Below are positions 21,118 to 31,956 of a stretch of DNA of 64,000 bases, one piece after another. A model generated the notes under the pieces. The model did no database searches, was not told where the DNA came from, and saw nothing but the letters and a program-made list of their open reading frames with translations. Each line of letters begins with the position of its first letter. Positions within the stretch are counted from its first letter, which is position 1. A program made the translations under genes and the position numbers. The DNA is from an uncultured Verrucomicrobiae bacterium. GTDB lineage: Bacteria; Verrucomicrobiota; Verrucomicrobiia; Chthoniobacterales; JAFAMB01. The DNA is taken from NCBI GenBank assembly GCA_963813025.1, contig CAWEXO010000004.1, positions 64,001 to 128,000 of the forward strand, given 5' to 3'.

Positions 21118-21396
21118 CTAGTGCACCGTCTCTCATATAATGGCGTCATCGTTGCGTTCAAAATGGGCCGCCGGCAAGGCACGAGGAGGGCGCATCTCTA
21201 AATCGATACGTAACCGACGAGCAACGCAGCCGCCGGCCCATTTTCAACGCAACCCTTTGGGCCGCGGCCAGTTGGCTGTTTTTCAGCGTTGCTCGCTCGA
21301 CCCGTATGATTCAGATATGGGCGCTTCGCTCGCGCCTTGAAAAACAGCCAACTGACCTGCGGCGATGGCATCATTATATGAGAGACGGTGCACTAG
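21118..21396. mobile_element. 279-bp MITE-like element with 25-bp perfect terminal inverted repeats beginning CTAG
   Basis: ctagtgcaccgtctctcatataatg...cattatatgagagacggtgcactag, with two internal hairpins; right end recurs at 35482-35544. Confidence 0.85.
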
Positions 21397-22550
21397 ACCT
21401 TCCGTTGGATCAACGCAGTCAGTTCCTCGATCTGCTCAGAGGTATGGTCGGCCGTCATCGTCAAGCGGAGGCGGGCGGAACCCCTGCCAACCGTTGGATA
21501 CCGAATAGCCGGGGCGAGGAAGCCGGCGTCTTTGAGCCGGCGTGCGGCTTCCAGAGCCCTCTCGTCGGAGCCGAGAATGATGGGTACAATATGTTGTGGG
21601 CGACGGGGGCGAGATGCTTCCGGCAAGCGGCGGAATAGTTGTTCGGTGTTTGTCTGCAATTTTCGACGAAGCTGGTCACCTGTGTCTGACTGCAGCAGCT
21701 GGAGCGAGGTCAACGCTGCCGCCGCGACGGCAGGTGGGGGAGCAGTCGAAAAGATAAAACTCCTGGCTCGATTGATCAGGACCTGGATCAGAGAGCGGCG
21801 GCCCACGACAAATCCGCCGCTGACACCCAACGCCTTACTGAGGGTACCTAGATGGACATCAACCGCATCGGTCAGTCCAGTCGCGGCCGACAAACCTCGT
21901 CCGCCGGGTCCGACAACGCCGGTGGCGTGGGCTTCATCGAGTAAAAGGCGCGCACCGACCCGGCTTTTCAAGCGAACAATCTCGGCGAGATCGGGAATGT
22001 CGCCGTCCATGCTGAAGACCGACTCAGTGACCACAAGCACGCGAGCACGGGGCTGCTTTCGTTCGGCCCACTCGAGCAGAGCGGCCAAGCGGTCCAAATT
22101 ATTATGCGGATAGATCCGGAGAAGGGCGCCGGAAAGCTTGGCGGCGTCAACCAGGCAAGCATGGGCCAGTTTGTCCAGAACGACGATATCACCGCGCCCG
22201 ACCAGGGCCGTAATCACGCCGAGCGCCGTGGCAAAACCGCTGCTGAAAACCAGGGCGGCCTCAGTGCCTTTGTAGCCAGCCAGCGTCTCCTCCAGCGCGC
22301 GGTGCGGCGCCAGCGAGCCAGTCACCAACCGGGACGCTCCGGCGCCCACACCAAATCGATCGATCGCGGCTTTGGCACTTTGAACAATCGCGGGATGTTG
22401 CGACAGACCGAGATAATCGTTCGAAGCGAAATTTACGAAATGCCGACCGCCTCGCGTCAGAATGCATCCGTGCGCTTCGTCGCTTGTCTCGAGCTGGCGG
22501 AGGAGAGACTGCCGCTCGAGCTCACTTACGATCGATTCGTACTCATCCAT
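21393..22550 (-). CDS. bioF: 8-amino-7-oxononanoate synthase
   Basis: NFASNDYLGL, GAGASRLVTG, ESVFSMDGD, DEAHATG, GTLSKALG, ARSFIFSTA and RLRLT. Confidence 0.9.
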   Translation of the reverse strand: MDEYESIVSELERQSLLRQLETSDEAHGCILTRGGRHFVNFASNDYLGLSQHPAIVQSAKAAIDRFGVGAGASRLVTGSLAPHRALEETLAGYKGTEAALVFSSGFATALGVITALVGRGDIVVLDKLAHACLVDAAKLSGALLRIYPHNNLDRLAALLEWAERKQPRARVLVVTESVFSMDGDIPDLAEIVRLKSRVGARLLLDEAHATGVVGPGGRGLSAATGLTDAVDVHLGTLSKALGVSGGFVVGRRSLIQVLINRARSFIFSTAPPPAVAAAALTSLQLLQSDTGDQLRRKLQTNTEQLFRRLPEASRPRRPQHIVPIILGSDERALEAARRLKDAGFLAPAIRYPTVGRGSARLRLTMTADHTSEQIEELTALIQRKV

Positions 22551-22716
22551 AGCCTGCATGGCGGGCGGATTTCTAAATGCCACAAATCAACAAATGCCAT
22601 AAATGATGAGGTCGTGCTTCGGGACTGCCCGGAGGTCCGACGGCACAGTCCCTTATTTATGGCATTTGTGGCATTTTTTGATTTGGGCATTTAGAAATCC
22701 GCCCGCAATGCAGGCT
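22551..22716. repeat. Palindromic element copy 2 (core 22574-22693) with arms extended by ~23 bp
   Basis: agcctgcatggcgggcggatttctaaatgccac...ggcatttagaaatccgcccgcaatgcaggct. Confidence 0.85.
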
Positions 22717-22734
22717 GTCGCTTCGGTTTGCGTG

Positions 22735-23439
22735 TTAATTCGGATGGCTCAGCGCCTTCTCCAGTTCCGGGTCGGGCACAGCTCCCAAGCGCAAAGCCCG
22801 ATAGTAATGACGGCGGGCGAGTTCGATGGAAGGCGGGTGCTCTTCCAGGTAAAGAACGGCGAGGTTGTAATGCGCTTCCGCATAATTCTCGTCGAGCTCG
22901 ACGGCTTTGCGCAATTCGTCCTCAGCGGCGTCAAGCCAACCGCGCTTGCGCACGAGCACGCCGAGATAAAGGTGGGCCGGAGCGTTATGAGGATCGTGGT
23001 AGACTGCCTCACTGAGTGCGGCCAGGCCGGCGTCGAGATCATTTCTCTGATAATCGAGGATCCCCAAGGTGAGCCATGCTTGGGCGGCGGTAGGATCGAG
23101 TTGGACCGCTTTTTTCAGATGCTCTTCCGCTAGCTGCATCTGTCCGAGGCGAAACTCGGCCGAACCTAGATTGGCCCAACCCATCGGATGGGTCGGCGCA
23201 AGCTGCGTCATTTTCTCAAATTCCTTTTTGGCTTCGGCAAACTGTTCGCCGCGAAACAGGATCAAGCCGCGTTCCGCCGCTTGCTTAGCATCGGCGGTCA
23301 GCGTTGGCAGAGACGGTTGGTCGGCGGCAGAGACAACACGGGCGACTGTCAGAAGAAAAATGAGAGCAAGAGCAGAGAGGCGCGACAAGCTCCGCGCTAC
23401 AGGAGGCGGCGCTGGAGATTGGCATCGCCGCATCTTCAA
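22735..23439 (-). CDS. Exported TPR-repeat protein
   Basis: Hydrophobic leader followed by repeated TPR units (WANLG, AWLTLG, AHLYLG, AHYNLA). Confidence 0.88.
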   Translation of the reverse strand: MKMRRCQSPAPPPVARSLSRLSALALIFLLTVARVVSAADQPSLPTLTADAKQAAERGLILFRGEQFAEAKKEFEKMTQLAPTHPMGWANLGSAEFRLGQMQLAEEHLKKAVQLDPTAAQAWLTLGILDYQRNDLDAGLAALSEAVYHDPHNAPAHLYLGVLVRKRGWLDAAEDELRKAVELDENYAEAHYNLAVLYLEEHPPSIELARRHYYRALRLGAVPDPELEKALSHPN

Positions 23440-24236
23440 CCCCTGCCGAGTTCCTGGGCGCGTTCGGTTGCCGCGCGGACCGCAGACATCACAGTATAGC
23501 GGAATCCCTTGGCTTCGAGCGTTTCCAGCGCGGCCATGGTTGTCCCGCCGGGGCTGGCAACCATCTCACGGAGTTCCGCCGGATGGAGATTGGTTTCCCG
23601 GATCATCTGACCGGAGCCGATGACAGTCTGGACGGCGAGGTCTAAGGCAATGTCACGGGGGAGGCCCATCGTGACACCACCATCGGCGAGCGCCTCAATG
23701 AAAGTAAAAACATATGCCGGCCCGCTCCCACTCAGTCCGGTCACGGCGTCCAAGCCGGCTTCCTTCACGCGATAAACAATACCAACGGCCGAAAATATCT
23801 GCTCCGTCACCTGAGCGTCCTGCGGCGTGGCATGGTCTCCCAGCGCGTAGGCTGTTGCCCCTTTTCGAATCAAGGAAGGAGTGTTCGGCATCGCGCGAAC
23901 GATGCGAGTTCGGTGTCCGGCCGCGTCCTGCAACCTCTCAAGATTGATTCCTGCCGCGAGAGAGATCAGCAGTTTACTATCGAAATACTGGCGCACCTCT
24001 CGCAAAGCGAAGAGGGCATCGGCTGGTTTGGTAGCGAGAATGACCGTGTCGGATTGTTCGACGAGCACCTTTGCCGAAGGGGCGGGGCGTACCCCGGCTT
24101 TCTGAATGGATTTCTCCAGATTGTCCGGGTGCCGGTTCACCACCAGAACTTGCTCTGGCTGGCAACAGTTTCCCTGAATCATGCCCTCAACCAGGGCAGA
24201 AGCCATTTTCCCAAATCCGAGAAATCCAAACGTCAT
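23436..24236 (-). CDS. proC: Pyrroline-5-carboxylate reductase
   Basis: GFLGFGKM, ISLAAG, RAMPNTP, TGLSGSGPAY and SPGGTT. Confidence 0.96.
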   Translation of the reverse strand: MTFGFLGFGKMASALVEGMIQGNCCQPEQVLVVNRHPDNLEKSIQKAGVRPAPSAKVLVEQSDTVILATKPADALFALREVRQYFDSKLLISLAAGINLERLQDAAGHRTRIVRAMPNTPSLIRKGATAYALGDHATPQDAQVTEQIFSAVGIVYRVKEAGLDAVTGLSGSGPAYVFTFIEALADGGVTMGLPRDIALDLAVQTVIGSGQMIRETNLHPAELREMVASPGGTTMAALETLEAKGFRYTVMSAVRAATERAQELGRG

Positions 24237-24391
24237 CGCACTATGGTAGGGTTTGGCTCTTTCGCGATTAGGACAGGACACGGCGCGTGACGAAGCACTG
24301 CTTCCGGGTCCGAGCCATGAAGAATCCGGTCCAGAATTGTCTGGGTCCTGACCTGACGCCACTCGTTCCTTTCCTCCTCTTTGGCCTCCAT
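24233..24391 (-). pseudogene. 52-aa ORF carrying the C-terminus of a universal stress protein (UspA family)
   Basis: MEAKEEERNEWRQVRTQTILDRILHGSDPEAVLRHAPCPVLIAKEPNPTIVR*; its stop overlaps the proC ATG. Confidence 0.7.
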
Positions 24392-24574
24392 ATGGGAATG
24401 GTTCACTGGAGTTGCCTAAAAAGCGAGTTGAAGCTTGAGAGAAGGAGGCGACCGAGGAACGATGCAAGCGGGCAATCCCGGATTTCGCTAAATTTTTTGC
24501 TAATTGCGAGTATTTTCGAATGAAAGACTGGTGTATCCATCCGGGCGACCCCGGCGTCGTCGGCTAGAACTCTT

Positions 24575-25885
24575 ATGCATCAACAGGTCGCGTTACCGAA
24601 AACCGCGAGACGAAAGAAGCGGCCCTGGCGGCGGTGGACTGTTCTTGGGTTGACCTTGATCGCGGTCGGCGCCGGAGTGCTGATCAGCCGACAACAGAAC
24701 AAGTCCATTTTGGTGACCACGGAGCGTGCGGCAGTGCGGGACATTGCGCAGCTCGTCTCTGCTACCGGCAAAATCCGGCCGGAAGTGGAAGTGAAGATTT
24801 CTCCTGAAGTCGCCGGAGAAATCATCGAGCTCCCGGTGATCGATGGCCAGCATGTCCGTAAAGGAGATCTGCTGGTTAAGATCAAACCGGACAATTACAT
24901 CGCTCAAGTCAAACAAGCTCAGGCGGCTCTGAGCGCCGCGCAGGCCGATAGCCTGCAACGAAAGGCTCAGATGTTGAACGACGAGCTGGACAAGCATCGC
25001 AGTGAGGAGCTCTTCAGCAAGAAGCTGATCGCGGAGAGCGAGCTGAAAGGCGCGCAGACCAAGTCGGAGGTCTCCGAAGCTTCATACGAGTCTTCGCTGC
25101 ACCAGATCGATGTGGCCCGCAGCTCGCTCGATCAAGCCCAGGATTTGCTGAACAAATGTGTTATTTATTCGCCGGTCGACGGCACCATCAGCGCGCTGAA
25201 CAGCGAGCTGGGAGAACGGGTTGTTGCCACGGGGAGCTTTGCCGGCACCGAGGTCATGCGGGTGGCGAATCTCGATTCGATGGAGGCCCGGGTGGACGTC
25301 AACGAGAACGATGTGGTCAATGTCAAACTCAATGATCCGGTTCATGTCCTGATCGACTCCTACCCTGGCCGCGAACTGGCCGGGCGGGTGAAACAGATTG
25401 CCAGCACCGCGACGGTCAAGAACGAAGGCACACAGCAGGAAGTGACGAACTTTGAGGTGCGCATCCTGATTGTGAAGCCGGAGGTGCAGCTTCGCCCGGG
25501 AATGAGCGTAAGCGTCGATATCGAGACACAAAGGGTCCAGCAGGTCGTTTCCGTGCCGGTGCAGGCGGTCACCGTGCGGATGAAGGACACAGGAAAAACT
25601 GCTGAACAGGTGCAGGAAGAACGCCGAAAAGATCAAGGCGGCGTGGCATCGCCGGACGCCGACAAAGCCGACCGCAAAAAACAAGAGCGCGTGGTCTTTT
25701 TGAAACAAGGAAATATCGCTAAAATGGTGCCGGCGCGGACCGGTATTTCCGACGATTCCTATCTGCAGATTGTATCGGGCGTTTCTCCGGGAGACGAGCT
25801 GATCAGCGGTCCGTACAACGCTATCAGCAAAGATCTGAAAGACGGAGCGCAGATCCGGATCGAACCGCCGAAGAATGCGAAGTGA
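24575..25885 (+). CDS. MacA/HlyD-family periplasmic adaptor
   Basis: N-terminal [30 protein letters not shown] and LRPGMS. Confidence 0.93.
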   Translation: MHQQVALPKTARRKKRPWRRWTVLGLTLIAVGAGVLISRQQNKSILVTTERAAVRDIAQLVSATGKIRPEVEVKISPEVAGEIIELPVIDGQHVRKGDLLVKIKPDNYIAQVKQAQAALSAAQADSLQRKAQMLNDELDKHRSEELFSKKLIAESELKGAQTKSEVSEASYESSLHQIDVARSSLDQAQDLLNKCVIYSPVDGTISALNSELGERVVATGSFAGTEVMRVANLDSMEARVDVNENDVVNVKLNDPVHVLIDSYPGRELAGRVKQIASTATVKNEGTQQEVTNFEVRILIVKPEVQLRPGMSVSVDIETQRVQQVVSVPVQAVTVRMKDTGKTAEQVQEERRKDQGGVASPDADKADRKKQERVVFLKQGNIAKMVPARTGISDDSYLQIVSGVSPGDELISGPYNAISKDLKDGAQIRIEPPKNAK

Positions 25886-26624
25886 GTTGTCATCGCTGGA
25901 TTTACGGCAGGTTCGGCCAAAAGGTGCGGTGGTCATCCGAATCCAGGGGATCACTAAGGAGTACGCGATGGGAGACGCAATCATCCACGCGCTGCGGGGC
26001 ATCGATCTGATGATTCGACGAAACGAGTACCTGGCCATCATGGGTCCCTCCGGCAGCGGCAAATCAACTTTGATGAACATGCTGGGTTGCCTCGATACGC
26101 CGAGCAGCGGTCACTACGAGTTCAGTGGCAAAGACGTCGCGGTGATGGAGGACGATGAATTGGCCGAGATCCGGAATCGGGAGATCGGCTTTGTTTTTCA
26201 GACATTTAACCTTCTCCCGCGGTCGACCAGTTTGCAAAACGTCGAGTTGCCCTTGATCTACGCTGGGGTAGAACCGGAAAGCAGACGGGAACGGGCTGCG
26301 GCAGCCTTGGTTGAGGTCGGGCTATCGGACCGGTTGCATCACAAGCCGAACGAACTTTCCGGGGGCCAGCGGCAGAGAGTGGCCATTGCCCGTGCCTTGG
26401 TGACAAGACCTTCGATTATCCTGGCAGACGAACCGACCGGGAATCTGGATTCGCGAACAGGCGAGGAAATACTGGCTTTGTTCGAGAACCTCTACGAGCT
26501 GGGGAACACGATCGTCGTGGTAACTCACGAAGAGAACGTGGCGGAACATGCTCGGCGGATCGTGCGGCTCCGGGACGGTTTGATCGAAAGCGATTTGGAA
26601 TGCGACGCCTCTGGTTCGAGCTAG
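25875..26624 (+). CDS. ABC transporter ATP-binding protein (MacB/LolD-like)
   Basis: [34 protein letters not shown] and ADEPTGNLD. Confidence 0.96.
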   Translation: MRSELSSLDLRQVRPKGAVVIRIQGITKEYAMGDAIIHALRGIDLMIRRNEYLAIMGPSGSGKSTLMNMLGCLDTPSSGHYEFSGKDVAVMEDDELAEIRNREIGFVFQTFNLLPRSTSLQNVELPLIYAGVEPESRRERAAAALVEVGLSDRLHHKPNELSGGQRQRVAIARALVTRPSIILADEPTGNLDSRTGEEILALFENLYELGNTIVVVTHEENVAEHARRIVRLRDGLIESDLECDASGSS

Positions 26625-27853
26625 TCGAAAGCTGCCGGATTGCCGGACAACAGATCGACGCGAATCGTACCCGATCATTCCTGACGGCTCTCGGAGTGGT
26701 GATCGGAGTGATTGCGGTGACGCTGATGGGCACGGCCATCAAAGGGATCGATATCGGATTCGATCGCAGCATGTCGCTACTCGGTGATGACGTGCTTTAC
26801 GTCGAGCAATGGCCCTGGACACCCGTCGACGATTTTTCCACCTATCGAAACCGTCCCGATATCAGGCCGGTCATGGCGGACCGACTGAACCGGATTATTC
26901 AGGAAACCCCGAACTCTCATTTGGTTTTGGCCGTGGCCGCCCCTTCCACGATGCAGACCGTCACGTATGGCAAGCGGCAGGTCACTGAGGTTTACACGAT
27001 GGGCACAACCAGCGACTATTCCTTGATCGGATCGACCAACTGCAAGGAAGGTCGCTTTATCACTTCAGAAGAAAGCCGCGGCGGTTGGAATGTGTGCGTG
27101 GTTGGTCTGGATATCGCCCAATCTTTGTTCGGTCCGGAAGATCCTCTCGATAAAGTTCTGCGGATTGACGAACAGCAGTACCGCGTGGTCGGAGTTTTTG
27201 AGAGGCAGGGCTCTTTCCTTGGACTCTTTAGCTGGGACTCCCAGGTCGTGATTCCGCTGGCGTCCTACCTCAAATACTTCAAGGCCGGCGCGGAGAACGC
27301 CTCCATCCGAGTCAAAGTAAAAGACAAGGCACAGTTGGAACAGGCCAAAGAGGAGTTGCGTGGCACGTTCCGCCGCATCCGAGGATTGATGCCGGAACAA
27401 GCCGACAATTTTTCGATCAACGAGCAGCAGGCATTTCGTTCGACTCTGGGTCCGATCAAAGCCGGCTTGGCGGTGGCTGGGCTTTTCATTACCGGGCTGG
27501 CGCTGTTCGTCGGCGCGATCGGCATCATGAACGTCACGTTTGTAAGTGTCAAAGAGCGCACCCGCGAGATCGGAACCCGCAAAGCACTCGGCGCGCGGCG
27601 GCGGACGATCCTGCTGCAGTTCCTGGTGGAATCCGTATCGATCTGCCTGGTCGGCGGAGCGATTGGGCTGACTCTAGCCTACTCACTTTTTGCTTTGATC
27701 GCCTTCGCTGCTCCCACGTTTCCTATCCAGTTTTCGCCGGCGCTCGTGATTTTAGCGATCGCTACTTCTGTATTGACCGGAATCGTTTCTGGATTCGCAC
27801 CAGCTTGGCAAGCGGCACGATTAGATCCAGTAGAAGCGCTGCGCTATGAATGA
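26600..27853 (+). CDS. MacB/FtsX-type ABC permease
   Basis: [30 protein letters not shown] and DPVEALRYE. Confidence 0.95.
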   Translation: MRRLWFELVESCRIAGQQIDANRTRSFLTALGVVIGVIAVTLMGTAIKGIDIGFDRSMSLLGDDVLYVEQWPWTPVDDFSTYRNRPDIRPVMADRLNRIIQETPNSHLVLAVAAPSTMQTVTYGKRQVTEVYTMGTTSDYSLIGSTNCKEGRFITSEESRGGWNVCVVGLDIAQSLFGPEDPLDKVLRIDEQQYRVVGVFERQGSFLGLFSWDSQVVIPLASYLKYFKAGAENASIRVKVKDKAQLEQAKEELRGTFRRIRGLMPEQADNFSINEQQAFRSTLGPIKAGLAVAGLFITGLALFVGAIGIMNVTFVSVKERTREIGTRKALGARRRTILLQFLVESVSICLVGGAIGLTLAYSLFALIAFAAPTFPIQFSPALVILAIATSVLTGIVSGFAPAWQAARLDPVEALRYE

Positions 27854-27910
27854 GCAATTGCACTGGCACCAACACTGGCACAGGCACAGGCACTGGCACT
27901 AAGCAGACCC

Positions 27911-29137
27911 ATGTTAGTTTTTGAGATCATTCGGATGGCTTGGCAGTCGCTTGGGGCGAACAAACTGCGCTCCGCGTTGACGCTCTCGGGGATCAGCATC
28001 GGCATCTTCTCCGTCATCAGCGTCATGACCACCATTTCTGCTCTCCAATCTTCCATTGAAACGGGTTTAACCTTTCTCGGTTCGAACACCTTCCAATTTT
28101 CGAAGTACCCGAGCGGGTTCAACTTCAGCGACGATAAATTTAAGAATCGACCGAACATAAGCTATCGGACCTACCTCGAGTTTTCCCGTTTGATGGGTGA
28201 TACCGCGGAGCAGATTTGTCCAAAGATCTGGGATGTCGGTGTCCAAGCCGTTTATGAGAATCGGAAGACTAACCCGAATCTGGTGATCTGCGGAACCAAT
28301 CGGGCTTTTGTTACCGTAAACCAATTCGCGATCGGTGAAGGACGAAATCTGTCAGCCGAGGATGTGGCGCTCGCACGCAGTGTTTGTGTCATCGGTCAAC
28401 AAATCAAAGAGCGGTTATTCCCTCGCGGAGACGCGATCGGCCGAACGATTAAACTGGACGCAAAAACCTATGAGGTGGTCGGCCTTTTCGCTGAAAAAGG
28501 GGGCGCTTTCGGCCAAAATGATGACAACTTTGTGATCATTCCGATCACGAAATTCTTCGAGAACTACGGCAGCAAGGGGCGCAGCATCGGCCTGGCGGTC
28601 ACGGCGAAGAACCAGATGGTCTACGATCGCACGTTTGCCTTTGCCGTCGGGGCATTCCGCAATGTGCGCGACCTTAAGCCCGAGGATCCGAATGATTTCG
28701 AGATTTTCGCCAACGATTCCCTTGCCTCAGCGTTCCGGAGCATTGCGGCATCGGTTCGGGTGGGTGCGTTTGTGATCAGTACGATCGCTTTGATCGCGGC
28801 CGGTGTTGGTATTATGAACATCATGCTGGTCAGTGTGACTGAGAGGACCAGGGAGATCGGCGTGCGTAAGTCCTTAGGGGCGAGGAAGAAAGACATCCGG
28901 CTCCAGTTCTTGTTGGAGGCGCTCTTTCTTTGCCTGATCGGCGCAGTTTTCGGAATCGCCTCGGGCGTGGCGGTCGGAAACGGAGTCGCCGCCTGGCTCC
29001 GGGCCGGTCTGGTCTTCCCCTGGTTGTGGGCTCTTGCCGGGGTTCTGGTTTGCTCCTTCATCGGACTCGCCTTTGGTCTGTATCCAGCTCAAAAGGCGGC
29101 GTCGCTCGATCCAATCGAAGCGCTGCGATATGAGTGA
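27911..29137 (+). CDS. MacB/FtsX-type ABC permease (paralogue)
   Basis: RSALTLSGISIG, GIMNIMLVSVTERTREIG and DPIEALRYE. Confidence 0.95.
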   Translation: MLVFEIIRMAWQSLGANKLRSALTLSGISIGIFSVISVMTTISALQSSIETGLTFLGSNTFQFSKYPSGFNFSDDKFKNRPNISYRTYLEFSRLMGDTAEQICPKIWDVGVQAVYENRKTNPNLVICGTNRAFVTVNQFAIGEGRNLSAEDVALARSVCVIGQQIKERLFPRGDAIGRTIKLDAKTYEVVGLFAEKGGAFGQNDDNFVIIPITKFFENYGSKGRSIGLAVTAKNQMVYDRTFAFAVGAFRNVRDLKPEDPNDFEIFANDSLASAFRSIAASVRVGAFVISTIALIAAGVGIMNIMLVSVTERTREIGVRKSLGARKKDIRLQFLLEALFLCLIGAVFGIASGVAVGNGVAAWLRAGLVFPWLWALAGVLVCSFIGLAFGLYPAQKAASLDPIEALRYE

Positions 29138-29376
29138 GTGTTAGTGTCAGTGCTAGTGCTCGTGCCAGCGCTGGCGCTTGACTGGCAATTCATCCGGCCG
29201 CTTGCGCCGTAACGCGGTCCAAATCGATGATGCTAATACCGACAATAAATTGCCGGCCTATTCTCCATCATCCCTCGGGACAGCAAGAAATCAGCGCAAC
29301 GTTGGCGAGCTAATGGACGCGTTGATGTATGCTACCTTTGCACTCACTAGCACTAGCACTGACACTAGCACTGCCA
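29135..29376. repeat. Inverted hexamer arrays (AGTGCT/AGCACT-like); related array at 27860-27903
   Basis: gtgttagtgtcagtgctagtgc faces gcactagcactgacactagcac. Confidence 0.75.
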
Positions 29377-29381
29377 CGGCC

Positions 29382-29906
29382 CTAAAGTCGTGCGAGCAAA
29401 TCGCGTCGGAAATCCGGCAACCGCCCGAATACTTCGAGCAAATGTTGAGCAGAGCTAGATCGATCTTCCGCTGCGACTCCCAGAATCCGGCAAAGCTCAA
29501 ACTCAAAGAAGGTCAGGCCGCGCAGGTCGAGCGAATGATTCCGGAGATACCGAAAGGAGCGGAGCAAGAGTTCATAAATCTCGGGCACCGGATGCTCGGG
29601 TTCGGTCACTTCTTCGACCAAAGCGGCAAAATAGGATGCAGCTAATGTTTTGACGTATTCGGTCCGGATCTCGTTGAAGGCCTCAAGCAGAGCCGCTTCC
29701 CGCAAAGTGTGCAAATCGGACCGACGCGCCCAAGCGACTGTCAAATCGCAATGAAAGAAAAGATCGAGTTTGCCCGCCAAAGGGCTGGCTGACCGGAGCG
29801 CGCCCTTGGCGATGGTCTTCAGCTTTCCATGTCGATCGCTGAACCAGGTCACGATAAGGCTTGTGTCAGAGAAACGGGTTCGGCGGAGAACGACCGCGCT
29901 GATCAT
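29382..29906 (-). CDS. recO: DNA repair protein RecO
   Basis: VVLRRTRFSDTSLIVTWFS..HGKLKTIAKGA...LDLF; short form. Confidence 0.9.
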   Translation of the reverse strand: MISAVVLRRTRFSDTSLIVTWFSDRHGKLKTIAKGALRSASPLAGKLDLFFHCDLTVAWARRSDLHTLREAALLEAFNEIRTEYVKTLAASYFAALVEEVTEPEHPVPEIYELLLRSFRYLRNHSLDLRGLTFFEFELCRILGVAAEDRSSSAQHLLEVFGRLPDFRRDLLARL

Positions 29907-29934
29907 GTTTCCGTTGCGATCCTCGCGGCCGCGG

Positions 29935-31371
29935 CTACTCGGTGACGCGCGCTTTGCCGGCCTCTTTCGGCGGAATGGAGAACGCCTTATTATCGACCGC
30001 CAAAGCCGCCTCTTTCACCGCCTCGCTCATCGTGGGGTGCGCATGAATCGTCCGACCGATATCTTCGGCGCTTCCGCCGAATTCCATGACCGAGACGATT
30101 TCCGGAATAAGCTCCGAGGCACCTGCGCCAATAATCTGTGCGCCCAGCAGACGGTCGGTGCGCGCGTCGGCGATGATCTTCACAAATCCAGTCGCTAAAT
30201 CGTTGGCGAGGGCGCGGCCATTGGCGACAAACGGGAACTTGCCAATCTTCACTGCTAATCCCGTCTTCTTCGCGTCTATTTCAGTAAGGCCAACGCCGGC
30301 GACCTCCGGATCAGTGTAGATCACGTTGGGGACGATGTCGTAGTTCACGTGACCGGCTTTACCGGCGATGAGTTCGACACAAGCGACGCCGTCCTCCTCG
30401 CCTTTGTGAGCGAGCATGGGACCGTCGATGATATCCCCGATCGCGTAGAGGCCCGGAACACTGGTTCGAAATCGTTCGTCCACCGCGACGCGACCCCGAT
30501 CAGTCAATTTAAGGCCGAGATCCTTGGCCAACGCGCCCTCGAGATAAGGAATTCTCCCGATCGCGACCAGTACCTTATCAGCAGAAAATTGAAGGTTTTC
30601 CTGCCTTTTGTTTCTGGCCTGCACCGTCGCGCGACCATCAGCCACTTTGATCTGGGTTACCTGGTTCTCGACATGAAAAGTCAGTCCTTCGCTCTCCAGA
30701 GATTTCTGCAGCGTTTGCGTCACGTCCGGATCGAAAAAGGCGGCGATTCTGGGGAGGAATTCCAGTACCGTGACCTTTGCTCCCAACCGGTTCCAAACGG
30801 AACCGAGTTCCAGGCCGATGGCACCGGCGCCCACCACGAGAAACTCGGCGGGAACAGTATCAAAGGAGAGCGCTTCGTCGCTGGTGACAACCACTTGCCG
30901 GTCGAGAGCGATGTCCGGGAGACTCGCCGATACGCTGCCAGTCGCGAGAATAATGTGAGGCGCCAGAAGCTCTGCCTGACTGTTATCTGGCTTGGTTACC
31001 ACGACCTTGCCCGGAGAGACGAGCTGGCCTGTCCCCCGTACCCAGGTGATCTGATTCTTCTTCATCAAGAATTCGAGCCCTTGGGTCAGTTGCCGAACCA
31101 CCTTCTCCTTCCGCTTCATCATCTTACCCAAATCAAAGCTTACTCCTTGAAAACTGATCCCATGGTGTTCGGCTTGGTGACGGGCAAACAAGACGTGATC
31201 CGATGACATCAACAAAGCCTTGCTCGGGATACATCCAATGTTGAGACAAGTCCCTCCCAGCGCCTCGCGCTTATCGATAATCGCGGTTTTCAGTTCGAGC
31301 TGAGCGGCGCGCAACGCGGCTGTATATCCGGCCGGTCCTCCGCCCAGAATGATCAGATCAAGAGACTCCAT
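29935..31371 (-). CDS. lpdA: Dihydrolipoamide dehydrogenase
   Basis: GGGPAGY, GGTCLNIGCIPSKALL, GAGAIGLE, MLAHKGEEDG and HAHPTMSE. Confidence 0.97.
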   Translation of the reverse strand: MESLDLIILGGGPAGYTAALRAAQLELKTAIIDKREALGGTCLNIGCIPSKALLMSSDHVLFARHQAEHHGISFQGVSFDLGKMMKRKEKVVRQLTQGLEFLMKKNQITWVRGTGQLVSPGKVVVTKPDNSQAELLAPHIILATGSVSASLPDIALDRQVVVTSDEALSFDTVPAEFLVVGAGAIGLELGSVWNRLGAKVTVLEFLPRIAAFFDPDVTQTLQKSLESEGLTFHVENQVTQIKVADGRATVQARNKRQENLQFSADKVLVAIGRIPYLEGALAKDLGLKLTDRGRVAVDERFRTSVPGLYAIGDIIDGPMLAHKGEEDGVACVELIAGKAGHVNYDIVPNVIYTDPEVAGVGLTEIDAKKTGLAVKIGKFPFVANGRALANDLATGFVKIIADARTDRLLGAQIIGAGASELIPEIVSVMEFGGSAEDIGRTIHAHPTMSEAVKEAALAVDNKAFSIPPKEAGKARVTE

Positions 31372-31578
31372 GGCAGCTAGACTCGTCGCGAGCGAAACCG
31401 GCGTCAACGCGGAGCCCGGACAGGGAGGACCTCAGGACCGGGCCCGCGGTTTTTTTTAACCCCGACGAAACCGTCACGCGGCGGGCTGTCCTTCAGCGTG
31501 GGCCTCTAAAAACGCTAGTGGTAATTGGTCGGACGACAATTCTGAAATTGTCTCGCAACGTCCCCCTTTCCACGACCG

Positions 31579-31818
31579 GTAGGGCGAAAATTTATTTGAG
31601 CCGGACGGAGAGATTGCCACATCCCAAGACGGCTCGAATAAATTCTCGCCCTACCGCGCAGGGCCGAGGCCATGTTGCGAGGCAGCCTCTAAATTCTCGG
31701 GGTACGGGCCCAGGGCCAAAGCTGGGAGACGCTTTTTTCATCCGGGTAGGCGCGTTCAAGACGGCTCCTCCGTCGCTAAAGCTATGGCGGAGACGGCTCA
31801 AACAAGTTTTCGCCCTAC
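31579..31818. repeat. GTAG-type REP doublets (REPIN-like)
   Basis: gtagggcgaaaatttatttgagccg...cggctcgaataaattctcgccctac (31579-31654), plus a third arm ending at 31818. Confidence 0.8.
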
Positions 31819-31956
31819 CGGCACAGGCTACCGGCACAGGCTGAAGCCGCGTTCCGAGACGCTCTGTTCAGCTGACGCCCTTGCAGAGTCGCCCGAAACG
31901 GAAGCGTTTCCCCCGAATTAAAAATCGGCAGGCTGAGTCCTTAGGCCCCTTCGGGA

